Below the pieces are notes generated by a model. That model was given only the letters and a program-made list of their open reading frames with translations. It was not told the origin of the DNA and searched no databases. The position numbers and the translations under genes were made by a program. This document shows positions 10,729 through 22,100 of a stretch of 45,752 nucleotides of DNA, one piece after another. This DNA is from Catajapyx aquilonaris (taxonomy: Eukaryota): NCBI GenBank assembly GCA_000934665.2, contig JYFJ02000811.1:62001-107752 (forward strand), read 5' to 3'. Numbering within the stretch: position 1 is the stretch's first letter; every line of letters starts with the position of its first letter.

Positions 10729-13545
10729 GTAAATGAGCTCTGAAAAGTTTTTCAAAGGAGGGGTCGAAAACTCATCCAGTTTCACACTAACTAATTGAGT
10801 AACTTTATAGGCTATAAAATGCGTGGACATTAAAGAGCTGGCACAATAGGCATTGCACGGGGGCAATCCAAGCAAAAGCTGCCTTGTTAACACGCTCAGA
10901 TCAAGGCTTGGTTTTGTGTCCGATGTCCCTGCCGCCCTAATTATGTGAACCTTAGGTATGTCAATAGCGACTCTTGATTGGCCGAATGTGTAACAATGGA
11001 AGCTCTTTCCTTTTTTATATAGCATACGATATTGCAACCTGTTTCGGTAAAAACATAATCGTGCAGCAGGTTAGCTTCTTAATGAATCAATTATGTACAC
11101 TGTCAAGTATTTTCACTGTTTTTTGGCCAGTTCCTGTAGCATATGCAGTAGTTAACAGACAGGGCTAAAGGTCAGCTCAGAAACTGGGAGGATGCGATAA
11201 ACACCATGATTGCTAAGTAAAAAAACGGAACCATTTCAGTTTCCTGAGTTTTATCGCATTCCTGTTCCGCTACCCACCAAAAATTCATATAACTTAAACC
11301 CCCATAATTAATATTCTGGTGCGGAATAACATCTTAATGAAGCTATACCTGTTATTTTTCCACAACTGGCCAGACTAAGAAACTGCAGCTCTGAGACGTC
11401 ACAAATAGGATGAGTCGCAGCCGGATGCTGCTGGGCTTGCAGATAAGCTTTCCATTCATAACCAGACAGAAAACAGCTATTCATGCCCCACCCTGTATAT
11501 AGAGTTACACATAACGCTGAGTTTTCAAGTCTACAGCAGGTACAACTCTGACATTATTTTTTTATATGCAGAGGCCTTTTCCGACTCTTTGAGCACAGCT
11601 AACCGGAATGGACCTCTTTTTTTTCCAAATGATTGTTGAAGAGGAACGTGACTTTCAATGCCGTCGGGGATCAAACCCGCCCTAGGAAACGGTTTTTTTA
11701 AATCTAACAATTCCGCAATCCGCAAATTTTTTTTCAGCACATTTCATGGCCTGATTTTTGGTCCTTCCTCCGACACGTTGACACTCATCTGCGTTGCTGA
11801 CTAATCTCTGTCAAGATCTGGGTTGAAGCCCACGATGGCAGGCCCCCTGCATTAAAGCCTTCCCATTGTCACCTTGTTTGCCTGCAACTGTGGCTTATTG
11901 TCGGATTGGAGGGCTTGTGGAGCTGGGCCCTTGTCTGCTGCTTGTCACTTGATGTTTCTTGAAGGCTTTTCCCTCCACCGATTGCATCATAAAAAGGTGG
12001 GCTTCTGTTGTTGGAAAAAGAAAACGGGACTGCTGGTCAACACGACTTTCCAGTTGGCTTCGGTACATTTTTGGAACAGCCTGTGGTTCTAATCCGATTT
12101 GTAGCCGGCCCAGATTAGACTGAAAACATGGACTGCAATCTTTTTTTATGTATAAAACCTGCTTTTTTTGCGAGAATCGATGTACGTTGAATTTTTGCAG
12201 AAGCCGCCGGATATCCTGCCCAATTTTTTATAGATAAAAATATCGCTTGGTTGAATCAAGTTTTTATAGGCGTTTTGGTAGCAATCGAGTCAACAAACAG
12301 CTTTATGGCGTCATATTCGTGACACTGGCTTTTACGTGACCTAGGACTTGTTCTGTACTTTTTCCAGCCTTGTGGAAGGTGTCAGGGCAAATAAGCTCTG
12401 GCGGTCAAACGCCCTTAAAACTGATAACATCGTACAGGCTTTGCGAAAGGGGGATGGGCAAAGGTATAAGACAGAAAAAAGTGACATCCCCACACACCCC
12501 TAGTTTTTTTAAAAAAAGTGAACCGAACAGAACCAGGCGACAGTTTTGACAGTCCCCGAGCTCGTCCTTGGTCTTTATTCCTCAAGTTTCCACTGGGACA
12601 ACTCAAGGATGTCCAGAATTCCTCACACAACCAGACTCGATGTTTTGTAAAAATGTACGCAGAATAGGAAGCCGCTCTATTCTTGACAAAAAAAGTTGCA
12701 ATCTTGCCATCAGTGTGTGGAAATATAATGCTGGAGGTGGTGGCCATGAGCTTATGAGTCATATAAACCGCGGAAGCTTCTGGCTGTATACAACAAGAGG
12801 ATGCTGCGTAGCCCTTTTTGCTTGTATCTTTTCATCGTGGCGAAGGGCCCCAGTGCGCACAGACACTAAGACTGAATTTAAGATTTTTCTAGAATTGGGC
12901 AAGATCTTAAGGAGGTGTGTATAAAAAGGGGGGAAATGGTTTATTTCATGCCTTCTTGCTTTCTCCAATTTTTGCTCTGAAATCTTTATCTCGTCATCCG
13001 GTGATATATACTTGGGTGGCACATACTGTGCAAAAAAAAAATAGTTGGGGAATGGTTTTCGCATACAGAAGGTGTAAATCAGTGTTTGCATCATTCCCAG
13101 CACGAATGATGGGAAAGAAAAAAATTGAGGCCAATGTCGAAAACTTTACAACAAATTCACGTACATTTGTCATTATCGTCATTGATGGGAAGGTCGAGTC
13201 TGTCACACCAACACACGCAGCACTTGGCGATAAGAATTTTGATTTGAACTTTGCGATTTTTCAGCTGTGTACTCAGATTTGTTAATAGCATGGCCATGCA
13301 CCATTGTTGCCACAATAATCAGTCCATATTGCGTCATTTATGCACATCGGGCTGAAAAATTAACTTTATTAGACTGTACATTTGTAATGTTAATCCGTAA
13401 AGCGTCAATAACGCAAAATGCAGCCTTAATTTGGCATAAACAGAAAAGACCAAATTAGTGGTGGCGCCGTCTAACAATCCCATTATTATTCCTTCGATCT
13501 GTTTACAACTCTACGTGGTGTTGCTATATACAGTACCTGAGGAGT

Positions 13546-13642
13546 GTATGTACTATTATCGCTCAAAAAGATGGAGACGATTTTGCATTGAAACCAAAAA
13601 TGCACAATCGTCTCCATTTTTTTGAGAGAAATAAGTACATAC
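13546..13642. repeat. Long inverted repeat (about 44-bp arms, 9-nt loop)
   Basis: Arm 13548-13589 matches the reverse complement of 13599-13640 at 36/42 positions, plus two further flanking pairs. Confidence 0.85.
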
Positions 13643-13763
13643 CGAGCTACTCCAATTTTAGATATGATCTTGCCTTATTGCATTCAGTCATACTAGTGCA
13701 CCTGACACGCTGCAATTTCCCACATTACGTGCTTCCTGCTATTAGATCAATATTGCGTACTGA

Positions 13764-13764
<1 letters not shown>

Positions 13765-13830
<66 letters not shown>
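13765..13830. repeat. (ATT)n microsatellite
   Basis: 22 triplets, two of them ATC. Confidence 0.97.
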
Positions 13831-14714
13831 GCAATGGAGTACCGTTGAGTAAATGGAGTTAATTTACGTTGGCTGTATAAATGTTGGTAATTGATGCAAG
13901 TTGTGTGTTGATTTTGAAACACTCCATCTGGGCACAGTAATTGGCGGGATAATTTTCCATTAATGGGGCAGGTAACAAGGGAGAAGCATCGGCAAATAAC
14001 GCCAAAAGGTTCGAAAACCAGGCTGCATTTTTGTGTCATAAAAAGTGATACCGGTACCCAATTACGAACGATCGACAAATGTTTACGGTTTTATTGGGTT
14101 GGCAATTTGGTTTGATATGTCCTGCCAAGCGCAATTTGTTCCATATCTGCGGCAAACGGGGCTATCTCTCGGACATCATCACAGAGATGGAAAAAAAAAG
14201 TTTTGTTTTGAATGAAATGCAAAAAAAAGGAACCATATTATCGGTTCGTGCATCCAAACTTGTTTTGCCTTTCGGTCCGATATGTGGCAAGAAGCCATGG
14301 AGAGGAGAGGTTGTTTTTTTTTATTCGTTTGGTACTTTCCGAGCTGCAGTGAATGACCTCAAGTACAAACTGGAGAGATCTCACTCACCAAAATGAGGTC
14401 GTGCCTAGAAATGCTCAAAATTTTTGTCGTTTTGTTCCCATCCTCCAGCTATGTTCGCACTAGACTCATATCCGGTTGGAAGTTGCACAAAAAATATATA
14501 TAGGAATTGGAACGACGCATTCTAAATCAGCCCAAAGCTATATCTAGGAGCATGTCGAATCTGCTAATTAAGTAGATATGCATGTAACATGGAGCAAGCA
14601 TCAAAAAATTCGAAAAACTTTAGCATCACATTTTTTTAAAAACCGAAATGCGAAATGCATTGAATTATAGGCAAAAATCCGCTCGCAAAATTATTAATTT
14701 TTCCAAGAAGATTT

Positions 14715-15082
14715 TTAGCTCAATTTGGACACAAAAATTTGATTTCTGCTGGATCAGTCTTTGTGAAAAGGGTAATATTTTTAAAATAATTGCTTTATTT
14801 TTCAAAAAATTTAATATACATTTAGCAACTGGTCTGTCAGAAAGTACACATTATTGCAAAATTATTAGCTCAATTTGGACACAGAAATTTGCTTTCTGCT
14901 GTCAGTCATTGTGAAAATTGTTATATTTTTATAATAATTGTTGTATTTTTCAAAAAAAAAATCATTTAGAAACGGGTCTGTCAGAAAGTACAATACGTAT
15001 TATTGCAAAATTATTAGCTCCATTTGGATACCAAAATTTGCAGTCATTGTGAAAAAAGTGTTATATTTTAAAAAAATAATTG
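14715..15082. repeat. Degenerate tandem repeat, about 150-bp unit, about 2.5 copies
   Basis: ttagctc(a/c)atttgga recurs near 14715, 14865 and 15014; ggtctgtcagaaagtaca and tattgcaaaattattagctc each occur twice. Confidence 0.88.
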
Positions 15083-18000
15083 CGGCATGTAAGTACAACC
15101 GTACAGTGCACAGCGACCTGATACCTTTTTCCTCTGTCTGGAGGATAAACCCTTCCAATAATTACACGGTAGTCCCCCCCAACTTCTGACCCTTGTACAT
15201 ATGAAGTGACGTGGTGTGACGAGGGTGGGTGGGGAGGGTTGTAAGGGTGGGAGTGTTGAGAACACCTGCGGAAGGTTTTTCCCTCGCATGTCATCTGCAA
15301 CGCTTGCATGTGTGTAACTTATCTGGAAAAGGTCCTTAAGCTGCCATTATTTTCCCTCGAAGGTGCACCTTCTCCTGCTCAAGGGCAGAGGAAACGGGGA
15401 ATTTGGAAGGCAAGTCGGGTCCCCCTACCCTCCCTTTACCTACCTACCACCCCTGCCATCTCACCTGTCGGTCTCTTGTAAAACGCGACGGTTTTGTGGC
15501 GTGCTTGCCAAATAACCTTCCCAAAAAAAAAGTAGAGGAAATGAGACCCCAGTCAATTCTTGTAATACCACTAGGGGTGACACCTTCGAGCCAACATTTG
15601 GTGACACTTAGTATTGGAGAGTATTAGGGCAGCACGGTTGGGAGACAGCGCGGCGCGTGCAATGATCATATGACGTGAAAATGCTCAAATCCTGCCCATG
15701 GAAAAGTCATTAATCTTTTCAAGCAGTCAGCAACATGTGAAAATAAGGTAAACTCGTGTGCAGAAAGAGTCAACTCGTTTTTAGGGGGTTGAGCTCTCCG
15801 GCCCTTTTTATCCTCCCATTCTTAGGATTGTAACAGGCGTAAATTGCATAGAGGCAGCGATATATTTTTAAAGGAAAAATGCCACAATGGTTTTGGGTGA
15901 GCAGTTAAACTTACCAAGTTTGTAAAGATTACTTATATCATATTATTTTCATTTAATGTCAATTTTTGTTAATTGATTTGGGTCTTATGTTCATGCAAAT
16001 GTCGTTGCTCACATGGCGAAAGGGGAGAATTCGTAGATTAAGACATGGTTTTCTACCACAAAAGTGCCCTCAATTTAGTAGCCTTATCATGATTCTACAA
16101 TAATGATTCAACTTCAATTATATAGCTCGGGAAAGGTGTAATAAAAATATTTATCGTGTGGCTCATTTCGAGTTAAAAAAAACGTGATTTGCGTACGGGT
16201 TTTTGTGCACCTAACAATCAACACTTATATACATTGCATAATGATTTCCGCCATATTTGAAGGGTTATGCCATAATTGGTTTTTAAGTTATTCATTTACC
16301 ATTGTGTGCTATATAAATGTTGGATTTCAAGTGCTGATGATTTTACGTCATCAATAACAATACAAAAAGTAGGGTAATAATAGAACCACGGCATTTTGTT
16401 TTTTATGATAAGAACAGGAGGAATATACTGTGGCAGGTTTGTAACGTATATTTTGAGATGAATTATTGCTTCCTCGAGGTATTTAGACGTTGCCACACAC
16501 AAATCTTTTGATCAGCTTCATGTTAGATTTAATAACAACTTTTTGTGTCGTCGGAAGGCACATGTGGACATAAAACTATACATGTCAAATAAAGCCAAAT
16601 ATACCTCTACAGCTTTTACAATGTGATTTTAGTAATTTCAAAGGCGATGTCTCTTTATCAGGAAAGATTGACAAATGTATTTGTTTAAATTTTGAAACGA
16701 GTTACCTTACATGGACTTTCAGCAATATAATAATTATCCGCTCATTTCAATGCGAATTTCAGTGTACTATCTTTATCAGAAGACAAAAGGCCGAAAATGA
16801 TTTACAACCAAACTGATCAAAATTTTCTTAAACATATTATATAACACACACACGCACTTTCTTTTACATACACATCCTTGCAGGTTCATCTGTAAGTTAT
16901 TTCATGCACCCCAAGCTCAAGGGAGACATTCACCGGTTCAGCATTGCTTCTGTAAGCGTTATGAAAATAGGTTTTGTTATTTCGGTGTCATTATACAGTG
17001 GGTAACCTTTCAGATTCAGTGCGCCTTTCTACTATGCCGCGTGTTTCATAAGTTAGTTCATGTCATTGTTAGTACAAATCTTTCGGGCGCTTATTTGCTA
17101 GTGTCTTCTGTTGTCTCACCTTCACCATTGGCACCAAGTTACATGTGCCCTCTAAAAAGCCATTTAATGGAAATTATTATGGATGTACGATTCCACTCAA
17201 AACTTGCAGATGAAGTCAAAGGGGCGAGTGGAAGTTATCGTTCTCGAGATTTTTACATAATTATTATGAGGATATGGCCTAACTTATGAAACACAAGGCT
17301 ACTGCACAGGCGAGGGTAATCCATCTGCTTTTCACAATCTAAACCGTTTGTACATGTCCACATAAATAGCTATCTGTGTTTCTCAGTAAGGAAAGGAAAG
17401 GATTCTCAGAAAGAAAGGAAAGCAGGAAATCTAAATCACAATTGAGTGCTCTATAGCCACAGGCACATTATTAGACATCAGATTATGAGCACAAAAGCTG
17501 GAGCATTAGCACAGTAAACATGCAAAATATGTATGTCATATCATAAAAATAAGCATTGCTTAGTGTTACTTCTGATGTAGGCCTACAACAATTGCATTAT
17601 TTATTTATTTATGCTGGTGTCCATTTTTCTTCATTGAGATAATAAAATTGCCTTATCGCATGTTATTATCAACATTTAGACAAAATCTTCCCTTCCATTA
17701 AGTTTGAGAACATTGGGCATATCTTACACAATTGTGCAATCTCATGCTGTACACGGATGGCAGCATTTGAATATTATTGTTGCTGTTGTTGTATTATCTA
17801 CACAAGTGATGCGAGTATTGTTACAACATCACTTGCGCCCCTGAATTGGATGTATCACAATAGTCATGGAATGCATCTATCTAACGCTCTATGCTATGGT
17901 GAGATGGAAATGTATTAACGAGTGGACATTACCAGCGTGAATGTACAATTCATGGTCTGTTTGCTTGGTACCGTGAAATTTTACAATACTTCGCTTCAAA

Positions 18001-18640
18001 TAATTACGAAAAAATGCATTTGCACGTGTCAAAAGTTATGCCCAGCTGTAGCATTGTGTAATCACGTCAGCGTACATTGACAGAAATTGTTAAGTCCCTT
18101 TTGAGAGAGTTTATAATAATTCCTTATTACGCCTAAGTTCAAACAACCAAGTGAGCGAACACACCTACAGCTCTTCACACGCTTGTTAAACGATTTGCGT
18201 GGGCCGTGTTAGGCCAAAGCACCCGCCGCCCTTTGACTCATCTCATAATTGCTATTACTCCATCTGCAAATAATTCGCGCACTGTACAACAAAGCAATAG
18301 GCCACTCATCTCACAACACCTCTAACACGCTAACAAAAACCCCGTTAGAACTCGAAGACACATCGCCTAAGAACCAATTCGGAACAGACAACCAATACTG
18401 TTGCACCAAAATGTTTACAAACAAACGACACCCTTGCAACTTATTTATTAAAACAGTAAGTGAACTTTGACTTGAATGGACGATATGAAATGTTCCGTGC
18501 AATAGTGTGGTCTGACATTCACCACTTTGAACTTCCATTCTCAATGATACTGCTAAGGTGTAAATAAGTCACCAAGCTTCCGTCAATGATGCGACAAGCC
18601 CTATAGTATTGTCACTCGAGTGTCACCCAGTGTAACTTAC

Positions 18641-18685
18641 CCAGTGCATCCCTGGTGATGCCGGAGCCTCTTCAAAAACGCCCAT
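18641..18685 (-). CDS. ap: apterous first coding exon (MGVFEEAPASPGMHW, 15 aa)
   Basis: ATG at 18685-18683, 45 nt, then TGG|GTAAGT donor (phase 0). Spliced to the acceptor at 9399 it gives MGVFEEAPASPGMHW-QQFDRWGP, which resembles the Drosophila Apterous N-terminus as I recall it (MGV..EE....MHWQQ). Confidence 0.88.
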
Positions 18686-18899
18686 CAGCGAGGAAGCGGG
18701 TACTGCCGGCGGAATGTTCCCAGGCTGTGCTGGACGGAACAGTCTGGACAAATATCACCACTGCCGTTCCCGGGGTAATTTCTTTTTCACGACATCAGCA
18801 AAGCACAACACCCGGTTAGTTAGTAGATAGTCCTTTTTCTCCCCCCCATTGACAAAAGAGGGGGTGTGTGTTATGGGAGTGTGTGTGGGTGTGTATGTA

Positions 18900-19170
18900 A
18901 GAGGTGGGATAGAGGCGCCGGCGCTAGGGGACCGTCCCTTCCCAGGTTCGCAGTAGCCAACCGCGGGTTGGTAGGGGAGGGGACTGGGTCGGAAGGAGAT
19001 GGAGAGCGCGGGCGCCACGGCCGAACTGCGCCGCGTCTGAAGCCTGACTAGCCGGCCAAGGAAAAGGCACAGGCAGGCAGCGGGGGCCCTCCCGATCCGG
19101 ACAGCCTCCTGCCGCCTGCCTCTGCACGACTGCCAACCCTGCCACACTCCACCGCCACCTTTCCTTCACC
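18900..19170 (-). promoter_or_regulatory. Probable apterous promoter / 5' leader (GC- and CpG-rich patch)
   Basis: Abrupt GC/CpG-rich segment 200-500 nt upstream of the ATG with Inr-like TCAGAC/GCAGTT near 19024-19040 on the minus strand. No TATA box; the start site cannot be fixed from sequence. Confidence 0.45.
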
Positions 19171-22100
19171 AATCACCATAGGTGAAGCACATGCACAACA
19201 ACCCACAACAACCACAATCAAAGGTTCTCAAATTGGTATGAAACGAGCACATTATTGTCAGATCCAATTACATGTTGTTGTGACATGCTTATACGACTTT
19301 TAAAGAGGCAGTGTTTCGTACCGGTAATGATTTGAGCAAACTTCTAGAGTGAGTTGGTGAGGACCGGATAATCATTTTATATACAGGTCTCATTTGGTCT
19401 ACGCTGCCTCGTTACCCGGATAATGGGCTACAAACATGTACTATGACATGTATCCTGGCAGGTATGCATTACTCCGAGCGACCTTGCCATTTTGGTTTTT
19501 CTATGTCGCGGATACAGCTTACGGCACTTCCATCGCAATTCTAATTGTTACCACGAGATCAACAGATGTGGCAATGCAGGGAAGTGTCGTAGGCTGTATC
19601 CGCGACATTAGCACCTGAACAAATACGGTACCTGATAGTACATAAGAATTCGTTGGTTTTCTTCTTAATTTTATAGAACTTGTTCTATAACAAGAGACAT
19701 GTAACTGCTGACATATTTAGAGACATCTTGTAACATGTGGGCCTGTCCAATGTGGGTGCCATCTAACTGTACAAACTATTGTCTGAAGGGGGCTTGACTA
19801 ATTCGGCCAGTACTGTACAACAGTGCGAGACTGCGCCGTTTCGTTGTTCCGTTGACTTTGAGCAATGTTTCGATGGTAACTGTTTCGGCCTGGTTGAATC
19901 TTGCAGTAGCCACAGAGTGTCTTCTGAAGGCTTCTTGAAGGTCACGAGCCCAGACCATTTTAGTAAATAGGACCCCCAAAAAGGAGACCTCTCTAAACTT
20001 TCTACTTCCAGACGAGCGTGCCAACCCCTCGGAGTTGATCCATTCTTTTCTTTTACAACCCCCCCAGGTGACAATACGGGTTGGAGTGGATGGGATGGGG
20101 GGTGCTGGATTGGTCACGGGCTAGTGGCGGCCCCGGGTTCCAGGTGACAGGAAGAGGGGTTCGCCCCCGCTTCCAAAAGCTGCAGGGGGGACAGCAAGAG
20201 GAGGGGGGCTAAAAGAGGGACAGTATAACCTGCGGGGGGTCCGACCTTTTCAAGTGGGGGTGCCACTGCTGGACATGGGTTATCTGTTTTGTTGTCCGGC
20301 TGGGTAAGCTCCACCGTTGCGCCCTGACGGATTAAGCAATCTGCACGCCTCACTTGTGCCAATACAGTGTTAACTTCATCAGCATTGTCAGGGGTAGGGG
20401 ATAAGGCGGATACTTCCTGGTCCGGGAGTGGTACAGGGTGGTTCGTGAGAGTTCAAATCAATTATTCTAGGGTCGACTTCTGGTCAAACAATCTTGTCAC
20501 TTTCTAGACACCTCAGTCACTCATACCCACCGTACCCAATAAATAAAACAAATTAATATACCGTTAAAATTACATCAATTAATAACATCGATAATAAAAT
20601 TGCATTATTAATAACAGAAATATTGATTGATAATTAAATGTGTTATAAAACAAATAATAAAAATTAACAAAATAAATAATTGGGTGGGTTATCACTGCAA
20701 TAATTAATGACAAATAAAAATATTAACAAAAAAATAGCATCTATTCTCTGAGTGCATATAATGCAATACTCGACCTGACATGACATGTGAGTGGTTCAAA
20801 GCCTGGTCAGAATATCTGAATGCGACGTAACCTTCCTATACTCCAATCCTATCTAGCATGTCGATACTGCCCGGAGTGGACTGTCACATTACCTGACGGC
20901 TGATCCGAACAGAATCACATGAGATTTTCAGGGAGGTTGACACGATTATGACTCGGTCAATTTGTAAACTGGACGGAAAAAAAATTGCGAACATGACACC
21001 TGCCCTGGAATAATTAACATGTAGTGACATTGATGCCGGTTCAGCCTGAAATTACGGCACGTCGCTTCAAGCCTGCAAGATCTGATATACTGTATGTTGG
21101 GGGGGGGGGGGGAAAGTNGATCGCCCGCTAGTATTTTGATTGTCCAGTGTATTTTACCCCATTGACGTATAGGCACGCGCTTGTTATCACCTTACAAGGA
21201 AAAGGCTTCATACACCCATCATTACGGGCAACGGCTTCTACTTTGCCTCAATTAAGATGCGATTGAGATATATGAGCCTTTTAGAAACGCCTCAGCTTTT
21301 CCCGGAGAAGTTTCTATTCAGGAAAACCGTCAGGGCAAGATATTGTAATAGGCCTTATATGTGAGATTTAATCGTACGAGTTTTATTGTGGGAACCGACG
21401 GGGGAATCCGTTCTAACAAGTTTTCATGCCCACAATAAGACTGTTTTTTGTGTGTGTATGTGATGTGTAGGATAGCTCATGTGCGAAGATGTCATATTTT
21501 CCGTTACATATTAAATTACCAAATATTACGTTGGCAGCATCCGCATTTATAACAATGCCATTACTTTAAATAATAGTTTTAAAGTACAAACAGGGATTGT
21601 AAATACAGCTGATCACTTTTTTGTGCTGCGGATTTGATAGTTTGATGGCAGTAGGAAGCCTCAGATTGCCAAAGACCTGACATGTTTACATGATCTGAGC
21701 ACAACCAGGCGGAATAATCAATACGAATTAAAGCCGTTGACTGTTTAAATAAAGTTGACACTTAATTGGCCCACGCCGGCCTTAAATCCAACAGGCAATT
21801 ATTTGACCGCTCCCGATTTCCATACCGATAATTCAATTGAAACTGCCCCCTTGAGACGGCCTTACCCTTCACCTGAGGCTACCCCATCCTGTCCTGCACC
21901 AGAGCAATTGCTATGCAAATAACCAATGAGTAGGCAACCATTTGTTCCTCTGATCTTTTCCGCCCTCAACATTATCTCGAATGACTTAATTACAATTCCA
22001 AAGCACCCATCGTATATTGATGAGGCCTACCAGCAGGTGCTATCCAACACTGTAACCTTTTGGCATGGGAAAAAAAATAACTGGAGGATTTTTGGCTGGC

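Noticed and set aside
13588..14078. Poly-Ile ORFs on both strands
   Set aside because: Artefact of the (ATT)n microsatellite.
19332..19353. TTGAGCAAA resembling the 5' end of miR-87
   Set aside because: The match ends after 9 nt and there is no supporting hairpin.
21099..21118. Poly-G run followed by an N
   Set aside because: Likely local sequencing or assembly uncertainty.
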